Below, one piece after another: positions 17,668 through 27,800 of a stretch of DNA of 64,000 nucleotides. How positions within the stretch are numbered: the stretch's first letter is position 1; each line of letters starts with the position of its first letter. The notes under the pieces are model-generated. The model ran no database searches. It saw only the letters and a program-made list of their open reading frames with translations, and had not been told where the DNA came from. The stretch spans positions 8,311 to 72,310 of the forward strand of contig CAZSEX010000004.1 in NCBI GenBank assembly GCA_964606065.1. The letters are read 5' to 3'. Position numbers and translations under genes: made by a program. This stretch comes from an uncultured bacterium. Lineage in GTDB: Bacteria > Hydrothermota > UBA3072.

Positions 17668-17695
17668 AAGACGCGAAAGCTCTTCTATATGTTCC
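17668..17695 (-). promoter_or_regulatory. ECF-type autoregulatory promoter
   Basis: Minus strand GGAAC (17695-17691), N17, CGTCTT (17673-17668), ending 5 nt before the sigma ATG. Confidence 0.6.
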
Positions 17696-17719
17696 GTAGT
17701 TCTGTTTTTTGGTGTGAAA

Positions 17720-18913
17720 TTAATTAAGACGCAAAACATTTTTCAATAGTTCGGAGTATTCGATTCCCAAATTTTTCCAGGAGTAAGTTGAATAGTCGGA
17801 AATAGGTTTAAACAAATGAGGTTGTTCAATGATTTTTAGTATAGAATGAGCAAAAGATTCGGGTTCGGGATCGCAAATCAATCCTGAGGAACCTATTAGA
17901 TTTTTTATTTCTTTATTTTTTGTTATTGCTATGATAGGTATTCCGGTACGCAGATATTGGTAAAGTTTTCCGGGTACCAGCCATTGGTCTTCTCTTTCGG
18001 TTCCTCCTATGAGGATTAACAAGTCCGATTTCATGAGTTCGGATATGGCGTCTCTATGTGGCAAGTATCCGGTTGTAGTAAAGTTTATCAATCCGATTTC
18101 GTTTGCTCTTTTTTTTAAGTTTTCTATTATTGAAGGTCCTATATATTTAAGGACGATTCTTTTGCGAAGCGCGGGTTTTTCTGAAAAAAGCTTTTCCAAA
18201 CCATCGAAAATCGGATCCGGATCGAAGGTATTATTAAAAGAACCCATGTAAGTTAAAGTAAACTTATCTGTCTTATCTCTTTTTATATATTTCGGGAAAA
18301 GTTTTTCGTCGAAGCCATTTCGTATTAAATGAATTTTATTTTTGCTCGCGGGATATTGAGTTTTCAGGTAGTTACCTATTTTTTCTGTTACGGTTACCAC
18401 CGCATCAGCTTTGTCCAAATATTTTTTTTCGATTTTTTTAGCGAGGTTTTCTTCGGCTTTAAAAAAGTATTCTCCGAGGTAACTGCCTGTCCATTGATCT
18501 CTGTAATCTATAACGCAGGGGGTTTTTTTATTTATGAATGATGTTAATGCGGTAGAGAAGGGAGGACATGAAATCACAATTATGTCAGCTTTTTTTAATT
18601 TTTTCCATAAAAAGGGCAGCCAGAAGACTTTGTTGTCGGGAAAGGAGAAACAATCGCGTTTCCCCGCTCCCGGCGGTGAAATTCTTCCGGGCAGTATATG
18701 AAGAGGATCGGGACAAAAGGATCTTATAATGTTTAAATTATACGGTTTAAAAGATTCCGTGTCTTTGGGATAATTGTAAGGCGAATAAGGCGCATAAATA
18801 TCGACATCCCACCCGAGTTCTTTTAAAACTTTTGGGATATTATATAACCTTTGTACCCCCCCCATTCCCATAGGAGGAAAGTAGTATGTGACCCAGCAAA
18901 CTTTTCGTTTTAC
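17720..18913 (-). CDS. Glycosyltransferase family 4
   Basis: The in-frame region upstream of ATG 18871 encodes KRKVCWVTYYFPPMGMGGVQR, the GT4 N-terminus. DYRDQW, NGFD and PGKLYQYL motifs. The start is uncertain (candidate GTA at 18913). Confidence 0.82.
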   Translation of the reverse strand, partial: VKRKVCWVTYYFPPMGMGGVQRLYNIPKVLKELGWDVDIYAPYSPYNYPKDTESFKPYNLNIIRSFCPDPLHILPGRISPPGAGKRDCFSFPDNKVFWLPFLWKKLKKADIIVISCPPFSTALTSFINKKTPCVIDYRDQWTGSYLGEYFFKAEENLAKKIEKKYLDKADAVVTVTEKIGNYLKTQYPASKNKIHLIRNGFDEKLFPKYIKRDKTDKFTLTYMGSFNNTFDPDPIFDGLEKLFSEKPALRKRIVLKYIGPSIIENLKKRANEIGLINFTTTGYLPHRDAISELMKSDLLILIGGTEREDQWLVPGKLYQYLRTGIPIIAITKNKEIKNLIGSSGLICDPEPESFAHSILKIIEQPHLFKPISDYSTYSWKNLGIEYSELLKNVLRLN

Positions 18914-18938
18914 TGCTCTATCTCCTGTTTACCTATTT

Positions 18939-19733
18939 TTAATCTTTTTCTATTGATTTCTCCGGAGATATGTTTGTTTCTCCGCCTTTTATTAAATTAA
19001 GAAAAGGCTTAAAAAGATCCATAGGTATAGGGAATACGGTTGTCGAGTTATTTTCGGCGGCGATATCGTTTAATGTTTGAAGGTATCGCAACTGCAGCGT
19101 AATCGGAGATTGCTCCATTAGTTTCGCGGCTTCGACCAGTTTTTCCGCGGCTTGATATTCGCCCATGGCGTTGATTATCTTCGCTCTTCTGTCTCTTTCG
19201 GATTCCGCCTGACGCGCCATCGCTCTTTGCATATCTTGAGGTAAATCGACGTGTTTTATCTCCACGGTGCTTACCTTTATTCCCCATGGGTCTGTTTCTT
19301 TGTCGATGACATTCTGAAGCTCCTTGTTGAGTTTTTCTCTTTCGGATAAGAGTTCATCTAATTCCGCGCCGCCTACAACACTTCTGAGAGTTGTTTGTGA
19401 AATCTGCGACGTGGCAAACTTATAATTTTCGATTTCGATTATTGCCTTCTCGGGATCCATAACTCTGAAATAAACAACCGCGTTAACTTTCACGGAGACG
19501 TTGTCTCTGGTTATTACATCCTGAGCCGGAACATCATGAGTGACGACCCGCAGGCTGACGCGAGCGATTTTCTCGAAACCCGGAATAATAAGAACGAATC
19601 CCGGTCCTCTTACTCCTACGAATCTTCCGAGTCGAAAGACGACGCCTCTTTCATATTCCTGGAGTATGTTTATCGCGTTAGCTAAAATTATTAATACAAC
19701 AACTGCTATTCCTATTATCAAACCACTGCCCAA
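18939..19733 (-). CDS. SPFH/stomatin (slipin) family membrane protein
   Basis: [59 protein letters not shown]. Confidence 0.93.
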   Translation of the reverse strand: MGSGLIIGIAVVVLIILANAINILQEYERGVVFRLGRFVGVRGPGFVLIIPGFEKIARVSLRVVTHDVPAQDVITRDNVSVKVNAVVYFRVMDPEKAIIEIENYKFATSQISQTTLRSVVGGAELDELLSEREKLNKELQNVIDKETDPWGIKVSTVEIKHVDLPQDMQRAMARQAESERDRRAKIINAMGEYQAAEKLVEAAKLMEQSPITLQLRYLQTLNDIAAENNSTTVFPIPMDLFKPFLNLIKGGETNISPEKSIEKD

Positions 19734-19734
19734 T

Positions 19735-21003
19735 TTATACCTCCTTTTTTTTGACTTTTAATCTTAATCCATTAACTTCTACAACTTCTATTTCTGTGCC
19801 GTTTTTTATTTTTTTATCGGATACCGCGTTCCAGTATTCACCTCTTATAAACACCTTTCCGCCTTTCGAGTTTATATCGCTGACAGCTTTCCCTGTTTTT
19901 TCGGTTAATCCTTCCTTCCCGCTTGTGGGTTTTGCCCTCATCGCTTTTACTGCGGCGCCTAACGCGAATATAAGGAAAGCGGCAGTTGTTCCCACCACTG
20001 CAAAAATTAAAGGTTTGGAAATTTGCAGGAACGGAAGGTCGGAATTTATTAGCATCATCGAGCCTATGGACATCGATACAATACCTCCTATAGTTAAAGG
20101 TCCGTATGTGGGAGTTAAAACTTCCATAACAAACATTGCAATGCCGAGTATTATTAAAGCTACACCCGCGTAATTTATAGGAAGAGTTTGAAATGAGTAG
20201 AAAGCCAGAATTAAACAGAGTGCGCCTAAAAGACCGGGAATTATTGCTCCCGGACTTCTTATTTCGAATATCAGACCGTATACTCCGACGATGAACAAGA
20301 TATAAGCAATATTTGGGTTTGAAATTAATTTTAGAAATTCTTCTCTGAAGTTCATAGGTATATTTTCCCTTTCTGCATCTTTTGTAACTAATTGTTTCAC
20401 ACCTCCGGGTAATTCTACTTTTGTACCGTGAATTTTTTCCAGTAATTCGTCGACCGATGAAGCAAGAAAATCGATTATACCTAATTCCAGAGCCTCTTCA
20501 GCTGTCGCGGAGACGGATTCTCTGACTGCTTTTTCCGCCCATTCTATGTTTCTATTTCTTTTTTTTGCTATTCCTCGTAAGTAAGCAGCCGCGTCTTCAG
20601 TAGCTTTTTCCATCATTGTATCATCCGGTTTTTTTTCTTCGCCCCCTCCTATGCCTTGAGGCGATATTGCCACCGGGTGAGCCGCCCCTAAATTTGTTCC
20701 CGGAGTCATTGCCGCTATGTGAGCCGCGTAGGTTAAAAAAACTCCTGCTGAAGCATCGCTTGCTCCTGAAGGATGTACATAGATAACTATCGGAACGTTG
20801 GAGTTTAATTCGTCTTTAACGATTTCTCGCATAGCATCCATAAGTCCGCCGGGTGTATCAAGTAAGAAAACTATTGCTTCGGCATTTGTATCTCCGGCTT
20901 TTTCTATAACTCTTTCCACATAACTTGCAGTTATGGGGCTTATAACCCCTTCAATATTACCTATAATAACGGTACTGCTGAAAAGCCATAATATTAAATT
21001 CAT
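19735..21003 (-). CDS. nfeD: NfeD long-form membrane-bound serine protease
   Basis: [28 protein letters not shown] bundle, C-terminal OB-fold [12 protein letters not shown]. Classic pairing with stomatin. Confidence 0.9.
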   Translation of the reverse strand: MNLILWLFSSTVIIGNIEGVISPITASYVERVIEKAGDTNAEAIVFLLDTPGGLMDAMREIVKDELNSNVPIVIYVHPSGASDASAGVFLTYAAHIAAMTPGTNLGAAHPVAISPQGIGGGEEKKPDDTMMEKATEDAAAYLRGIAKKRNRNIEWAEKAVRESVSATAEEALELGIIDFLASSVDELLEKIHGTKVELPGGVKQLVTKDAERENIPMNFREEFLKLISNPNIAYILFIVGVYGLIFEIRSPGAIIPGLLGALCLILAFYSFQTLPINYAGVALIILGIAMFVMEVLTPTYGPLTIGGIVSMSIGSMMLINSDLPFLQISKPLIFAVVGTTAAFLIFALGAAVKAMRAKPTSGKEGLTEKTGKAVSDINSKGGKVFIRGEYWNAVSDKKIKNGTEIEVVEVNGLRLKVKKKEV

Positions 21004-21103
21004 AAAACTATAATACTAAAATCGAATATGTAAGTCAACCCTGTTTCGTTTTGACCTTAATTCGATTTGTTATATTTGTTAGGGGAGTGTGGAAAATGAA
21101 GTC

Positions 21104-21340
21104 TCAAAATTAATCGAAATTTAAAAATCAAATATCAAAATAGAAAATTACAAATCAAAGTTCAAAAAGAAAATTTGCCGCGGATTAACACGGATATACA
21201 CAGATAAAAAAATTAAAATTTTCTTTGTTGTTTAAAAAAAATTATATTATGAGGGGGTGGAAAAATCCGTGAATATCTGTGCGAATCTGTGGCTAAAAAA
21301 AATATTTTGCTTTTTAATTTTTGGCATTTAATTTGTATTC
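21104..21340. repeat. Empty nested inverted-repeat element (G-H-core-H'-G')
   Basis: Outer tcaaaat-type 7-mers (21104-21167 and 21304-21340). Inner gccgcggattaacacggatatacacagat (21177-21205) vs 21265-21293 (22/29 inverted). Confidence 0.75.
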
Positions 21341-21379
21341 GTACTTGACATCTGAAAAAGATTTCCTATTATAAATTTT

Positions 21380-22414
21380 ATGACGGATAAACAGTGGGAT
21401 TTATTGGTTGATATTATAAACGGAAAGAAAGTAGAACCTTTACCGGTGGGTTTTATTATAGACAGTCCATGGTTGCCGAACTGGTTTGGAATTTCTATAC
21501 TTGACTATTATACGAATGATAATTTATGGTTTGACGCGAATATGAAAGCTATAAATGAATTTTCCGATACAATTTTTCTGCCGGGTTTCTGGTCGGAATA
21601 TGGTATGTGTACCGAACCATCCGCTTTTGGTACAAAGTGTATATTTCCACAAAACGCGTTTCCCAATCCTTTAAAAATTATAAAGTCTTCGGATGAAATT
21701 AGCGACCTTGAGATTCCGGATCCAGAAAAAGATGGACTTCTTCCGTTTATGCTAAATAGGCTAAAATTGGCTCAACCAAGAATCGAAGACGCGGGACATA
21801 AAATAAAATTTTCTGTTTCCCGCGGACCTTTAAATATAGCAGGCTTCTTAATGGGAATGACAGAGTTTCTTATGTCTATAAAAACGGAGCCCGAAAAGGC
21901 GCATTCCTTACTAAATAAAATTACAGAGTATTTAAAAAAATGGCATCAGCTTCAAAGAGAAACTTTCCCTTCAATAGATGGTATTCTTATTTTGGATGAT
22001 ATAATTGGTTTTATAGGAGAGGAGGATTTTAAAACTTTCGGCCTTCCTTATTTTAAAGAACTCTACCATGCTGATATGATAGTAAAATTTCTTCATAATG
22101 ACGCTACTTACAAGTCATCTGTTAAGTATTTAAATGAAATGGGTATCAATCTCTTCAATATGGATTTTAATTCGGATATGAATGAATTAAAAGAGAAAAC
22201 AGGCAACAAAGTCACCATGCTTGGTAATATTCCACCAAGGGATGTTCTCGCGAAGGGAAATCCTGATGATGTAAAAGAATCCGTAAAAAAATTACTGGAT
22301 TCCCTTGAGGATAAAACAAGGGTAATCGTTTCCTGCGGAGGCGGCGTGCCGCCGGAGGTGCCGACGGAAAACATTAAAGCGTTTGTGAAAACCGTTAAAT
22401 CATATAAACTGTAA
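21380..22414 (+). CDS. Uroporphyrinogen-decarboxylase-fold protein, probable corrinoid methyltransferase component
   Basis: URO-D-like TIM barrel (GFIIDSPWLP, RGPLNIA, GNIPPRDVLAKG, SCGGGVPP). Adjacent to a corrinoid protein gene. Confidence 0.75.
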   Translation: MTDKQWDLLVDIINGKKVEPLPVGFIIDSPWLPNWFGISILDYYTNDNLWFDANMKAINEFSDTIFLPGFWSEYGMCTEPSAFGTKCIFPQNAFPNPLKIIKSSDEISDLEIPDPEKDGLLPFMLNRLKLAQPRIEDAGHKIKFSVSRGPLNIAGFLMGMTEFLMSIKTEPEKAHSLLNKITEYLKKWHQLQRETFPSIDGILILDDIIGFIGEEDFKTFGLPYFKELYHADMIVKFLHNDATYKSSVKYLNEMGINLFNMDFNSDMNELKEKTGNKVTMLGNIPPRDVLAKGNPDDVKESVKKLLDSLEDKTRVIVSCGGGVPPEVPTENIKAFVKTVKSYKL

Positions 22415-22429
22415 ATAGAATTAATTAAA

Positions 22430-22495
22430 GTTTCGAGTTCCGAGTAAAAAAACAGAAATAAAAACTTTGTGGTCTTTGTGTCTTTGTGTGAGAAT
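22430..22495. repeat. Solo right-facing repeat halves inside the methyltransferase cluster
   Basis: agtttcgagttccgagt 7-mers and ctttgtggtctttgtgtctttgtgtgagaat (22465-22495). Confidence 0.6.
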
Positions 22496-22626
22496 ATTTT
22501 TTGGTGATGCGGGTTCATAACAGTCATTGACAAAACTAAGAAAAGCAGTAGTTTTATTTTGATTGATAATAAGGAGCACTTGGAAATTATTATTGTAAAT
22601 CATATTTAATTTGAAGAGGAGGAGTC

Positions 22627-23268
22627 GTGTCTGTACTGGAAAAATTAAAGGAAAGCGTAATTGCCGGCGATGAGGCTAAAGCTGTCGAATATACAAAACA
22701 AGCTCTTGATGAAGGTATTGATGTAGAAAAAATATTGAATGACGGATTTATACCCGGGATGGATGTTGTGGGCGATTTGTTTCAAGCTAATGAAATTTAT
22801 GTTCCCGAGATGTTGATTTCCGCGAAAGCTATGAAAGCGGGTATGAAAATATTGGAGCCACTGTTGACCAAAGCGGGTGTTAAACGTGTAGGAAAGGTTG
22901 TTATAGGAACGGTAAAAGGCGATTTACACGATATAGGAAAGAACCTTGTAGCAATGATGCTGGAAGGTGGTGGGTTTGAAGTAATAGACGCGGGAGTCGA
23001 TGTTTCGTCACAAAAATTTATTGACCTGGTTAAAGAAAACGAACCCGACATTCTCTGCCTTTCTGCTTTGCTAACTACAACAATGGGTGAAATGAAAAAT
23101 GTGGTAGACAACTTTAAAGAGAAAGGGTTGCGGGATGATATTAAGATAATGGTCGGTGGTGCTCCGTTAAGTGAGGAGTACGCAAGAGAAATTGGTGCTG
23201 ATGGTTACTCAACCGACGCAGCTTCCGCGGTTCGTTTGGCGAAAAAATTGGTAGGCATGCAGGCGTGA
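22627..23268 (+). CDS. Corrinoid (B12-binding) protein of a methyltransferase system
   Basis: Four-helix cap (EIYVPEMLISAKAMK) plus the base-off/His-on motif TVKGDLHDIGKNLV, LSALLTTTM and MVGGAP. Confidence 0.93.
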   Translation: MSVLEKLKESVIAGDEAKAVEYTKQALDEGIDVEKILNDGFIPGMDVVGDLFQANEIYVPEMLISAKAMKAGMKILEPLLTKAGVKRVGKVVIGTVKGDLHDIGKNLVAMMLEGGGFEVIDAGVDVSSQKFIDLVKENEPDILCLSALLTTTMGEMKNVVDNFKEKGLRDDIKIMVGGAPLSEEYAREIGADGYSTDAASAVRLAKKLVGMQA

Positions 23269-24290
23269 AAAGACTCATAGATTTAGCAAAAAGTTTATAT
23301 TCTGAGAATAGTCGTTTGGTTGCTCCTTTGCTTGGCTTTCCGGGTGTTAAAATGGCTCGTTCGAGTATAAAACTCGCTCAGCAGAATTATGAAGAGCATT
23401 TTAAAGTGGTTAGTGCTCTGGTTGATAGTTTTAAACCGGATATGCAGTTTGTTCTTATGGATCTTTCGGTAGAGGCGAATGCCCTGGGGCTTGATACTCT
23501 TTTTCCCCCGAATGATTCGGCCACCGTTATGAAAAAACATGGTGAATTTGGTATGGATGAGTTGACTTCGCTCAAGAATATTAAGTTCGGTAGTGATAGC
23601 AGGCTGTTGGGTTATGTTAAGACTGTCGAATTAATGAAACAAAACTTCCCATCGGATGTAAAAGTCGGAGCTTATGTTACGGGTCCTTTTACTCTCGCCG
23701 GTCTTATAATCGGCGCTGAGGAGGCGGGTCTAATGGCTGTTAGAGATCCGGAAAAACTCGGAGAGATTTGCGCCTTTACAACCGAATGTATAATAAAATA
23801 TGCCAAACTTCTTCTTTCTGCGGGAGCTTTTGCGATTTGTGTGTTAGAACCGAGTGGGGTAATGCTCGGTCCTTCTCATTTTGAGAGATTTTCTTCGGTG
23901 AATGTAAAGAAAATCGCTGGAGTTTGTCACAATGCTGATGCAAATTGCGTATATCATGTTTGCGGTAACAGTATGCACCTTATAGAAAAAATGGCGGATT
24001 CGGAAGTGGACGGTTTAAGTCTCGATTCTAAGGATGTCGGAGTGAACCTTACGGAGGTTGCCGGAAAAATACCTGATGACGTAGTTATAATTGGCAATAT
24101 GAGCCCAACAAAGACAATCCTTTACGGCAGTCCAGAAGAAGTGAAAGAAGAGGTAAAAGATTTGCTTTATTCCATGAATCCATTCCCCAATTATGTTTTG
24201 AGCACAGGTTGCGACCTTCCATCGGAAACCCCGCTTGATAATATATCGGTTTTTATGGAAACCGGACGCAATTATGTTATTTGTGGTTAA
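23265..24290 (+). CDS. MtaA/CmuA-like (URO-D fold) methylcobamide methyltransferase
   Basis: DLSVEANALG, GPFTLAG, Zn-ligand-type motifs YHVCG and STGCDLP, GNMSP. Confidence 0.8.
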   Translation: MKRLIDLAKSLYSENSRLVAPLLGFPGVKMARSSIKLAQQNYEEHFKVVSALVDSFKPDMQFVLMDLSVEANALGLDTLFPPNDSATVMKKHGEFGMDELTSLKNIKFGSDSRLLGYVKTVELMKQNFPSDVKVGAYVTGPFTLAGLIIGAEEAGLMAVRDPEKLGEICAFTTECIIKYAKLLLSAGAFAICVLEPSGVMLGPSHFERFSSVNVKKIAGVCHNADANCVYHVCGNSMHLIEKMADSEVDGLSLDSKDVGVNLTEVAGKIPDDVVIIGNMSPTKTILYGSPEEVKEEVKDLLYSMNPFPNYVLSTGCDLPSETPLDNISVFMETGRNYVICG

Positions 24291-24494
24291 AGGGTTAATC
24301 CTTATATATATATAGGTTCAATATTCTGGAACAATACGGTTTCCGAATTCCAAAACAGGAAAATTGATGTTTTTTTGATAATATATGAGGCAATCTCTTT
24401 TGTAAAATAAAAAAAACGATAATAGGGTTGGGGGGATGGGTAATCTTGTGTTTTACAACTGTAATCTGACAATAAAAAAATAAAAATTTTACCC

Positions 24495-24523
24495 TTGACA
24501 ATTATTCTGTAACTTATTATAAT
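24495..24523 (+). promoter_or_regulatory. Perfect consensus sigma70 promoter for TBDR module 1
   Basis: TTGACA (24495-24500), N17, TATAAT (24518-24523). Confidence 0.75.
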
Positions 24524-24703
24524 AAAACCTATGAGGGCATGTAAATTAAATATTTCGAGGAATTCATCTGTTTTAATACATGGTTTACAATCCATCCAAA
24601 AACTGATAATAAAATACGGAAAAGAGCAATTGACGAGGTTGTAAGATTGTATATATTTTTTACCCTGTAAATTAATGAGTTCACTGGAATTAAGGAGGTA
24701 GTA

Positions 24704-24835
24704 ATAAGGATTAGAGGGAAACCGGAGTTTAAAGTATTTTCGGCAAAAATAAAACTGTTTGTCAGGCAATATTTACTTCAAGCAACTTTTTTAGTCTATT
24801 GTTTTGTAAACCTTAATGGAAGGAGGTTTTTATGA
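24704..24835 (+). CDS. Possible small leader ORF overlapping the TBDR1 start (non-canonical start)
   Basis: Frame open 24671-24835, TGA overlaps the TBDR ATG, AAGGAGG at 24692, peptide similar to the leader ORF at 46602. No ATG/GTG/TTG start. Confidence 0.25.
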   Translation: MRIRGKPEFKVFSAKIKLFVRQYLLQATFLVYCFVNLNGRRFL

Positions 24836-27800
24836 AAAGAGCAGGGAGAAAATTGCTGTTCAGGTGTTTTTTGTTTAGCTTGCTCGGATTTGTGTCTTTT
24901 TTTGCGGTTGTCCAGGAAATGGAAGCTGCTGTTACCGGAAAGGTTGCCGGTATAGTTGTCGACGCGAACACAGGCGAGCCTTTGCCCGGTGCCAACGTTA
25001 TAGTTGAAGGTACCGAGAGGGGAGCTGCCTGTGATGTGGATGGTTATTATTTTATAACGAGATTGGGTCCTGGTTCTTATAATGTGCAGGCAAGAATGAT
25101 GGGTTACAAAAGTGTTACAATTGCCGGTGTTAGAGTTATATCGGGGCATACAACTCCTGTAGACTTCGAGCTGGAAACAACGGTTGTAAGGGGTGAGGGA
25201 GTGACTGTGCAGGCTCAAAGAGAGATTATTAAAGTTGATCTTTCTTCGAGTTCCATAACTGCCGATAAAACTGATATAGAGGCAGTGCCTCTGATTTCCG
25301 ACGTTTCGGAATATCTTAACTTGCAGGCTGGAATAGATGGTTGGAGTGTGAGGGGTAGTGGTCTTGAGGACACAAAGTTGATGGCGGACGGCTTAATACT
25401 TGTTGACCAGAGAGTTAACGAGCCAATCCTTATGCCAAATATCAGCGAAATAAAAGAGGTGAGTTTGATAAAGGGAGGAATGAACGCCGAATTTTCGAAT
25501 GTTAGAGCAGGTGTTATTAATGTTGTAACCAGAGAAGGTTCTCCCGATAAATACGAGGGTTCATTCGAATTCAGATATACACCGGGTTATCAAAAGCATA
25601 ATGGACCATCTATCTTTGATCCCGACAATTATTATAATGAAATATATTTTCATAATGAGGTAGATACCGGTGTCCAGTGGAATGTAGACTTTTTTACAGA
25701 CGAGACTCTTGGACTTGACACAGTTGTCAGATTAGATAGCGTGTGTTGGAAAGGTCCGAATTATGTTTGGGGAAATCCTGAAAGCCCGTTTTATGATACA
25801 ATCAAGTGGAAAGACAGTTACAATCCCGATTGGAAGGGATGGGAGTATGAAGCTGAGGGCAAGCCGATAACAGCTGAGGGTTTTAGGGATCTGTTGCTCT
25901 GGAGACGCAGGATTAATACCGGTGGAGATACTTTACTGACTAATCCGGAAGAAATGTTTTCTATCTACAGCAACGATTCTATGTATGTTCCGATATGGGA
26001 TATAACAGTGGAAGGTGGCGATACAACTTATGAGTTGACAGGTTTTACCAGAGAGCCTTATACAATACCTGAAGACCAACCGAGGATAGGCAGCTACGGT
26101 GATATTCCGGATTGGACACTGGACGCGGGCTTTGGAGGTCCTGTTCCCATATTGAGTCAGTATTTAGGTGATATGACTTTTTACACTTCATATCGTGACC
26201 ACAATGAGGCGTTTCCACTTCCCGATAGCAGAGATTATTATCGTGAGCGTCAGGTGAGTTTGAAACTAACGTCTCGTTTTTATGATGGCAATGTAAAGGT
26301 TAATGCCATAGGGCGATACGGAATAACCAATACTCTTGCTCCTTGGGCTACCGGCGAAATAGTTGGTTCTTCCACGGTGGCGGATATCGGACAGGTTTAC
26401 CTTAGAGATGCTTTTGATATGATTTCGCCAAGAGGAGAATGGGATGGAATATATCATGGGAGTGATAAACTCAGGTCGAGAAACATCTCGAATGTTTGGA
26501 ATTTATATTCTTTAACTCCTTTTGATGTTATCTCGAGGATGTACGGTTTATCCATTCAGCACGCGTTGAGTGAAAACACATTTTATGATGTGAGGTTGAC
26601 TTATGTGAGGAGCCAAAATGAAGCTGATTTCTATTATGATGTTCCGGGAAGAATGAACGATACGGTTTTGGTATGGTTTGGTGAAAAGTTTAATGCCGAG
26701 GGAAATTATATTACAGATAGAAGCTTCTTGGCTGATTATACGGGTGATAATATTCCGTTTGGATTTCCTGACCCGGACTTTGAAATTGCCCGTATTGTTG
26801 GATCGGATTTAACGGAATGGGGTCCGGCTCACATGCAGGGGAGCTTTAACCACTCCTGGTCTCAAACTTATAACGCCCGTATCGATTTGACTTCCCAGAT
26901 AAATAAGTACAACGAGATAAAGACGGGTCTTGAAATTAACTATGATAAAATACATGAAAATTATGTAATAAATGAAGGTTTTTCATGGTCTGAGCCGGGT
27001 AAGGAAAAAGAAGGGAATGTTTATGTGACTGAATATGATGCGTATCCGATTTTAGCCGGCGCTTATATTCAGGACAAGATTGAATACGAAGGGATGTTCG
27101 CGAATATAGGTTTAAGGTTTGATTATTCGGATCCGAATAACAAATGGCCAAGCAGAGACAATCCTTATTCCTCCTTTTACACAGCCGGGTCAAAAAACCA
27201 GCTTTTTGATCAGGATTCTATAATAGAAGATGTGCCGGCTCTCTTGAAACTGAGTCCCCGTGTTGGGATTTCTTTTCCCATATTGGAGAGAAGTAAGCTC
27301 TTCTTTAATTATGGGCATTTTTACTCCCTTGCTCCGAACAAGAACCGCTTTATGATTGGCTGGGGAAGGCCCTCTCAACCTATTAAATACTTGGGAAATC
27401 CATACCTGGATATGTCCAGGACGATTTCCTATGAAGTGGGCTTTGAGAGCAATATTGCCAATCAGTTCCTGGCCAGAGTTACCGGTTACTATAAGGATAT
27501 GGATAACGAGTTTACTGAGGTTGGATATGCAAATGAGCTGGGTTCTGTCGATCTTAATTATACGACGTATGAAAATTTAAGATATAGTGATACAAGAGGT
27601 TTTGAGTTAGAGTTACGAAAACAACATGGAAGATTTTTTACCGGTTGGGTTATTTATGATTATAGAGTAACAAGTACGGGGTATCTCGGGAAACGGGATC
27701 ATTATTTTGTTATAAAAGATGAATTGACATCGGGTTTTAATGATCCCGAACAAACAGAACCCGTGCCTCAACCTGTATGGAGGGCGCAAGCGACCTTTAA

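Noticed and set aside
24715-24760. Cobalamin-riboswitch-like AGGGAAACCGG...AACTGT upstream of TBDR1
   Set aside because: It lacks the GGUGxAA-UCC hairpin, the CCCGC motif and the downstream AAGyCrG elements, and it is not conserved in the paralogous leader.
24302-24769. 155-aa minus-strand ORF
   Set aside because: AT-rich, antisense to the TBDR1 promoter and leader; no motif.
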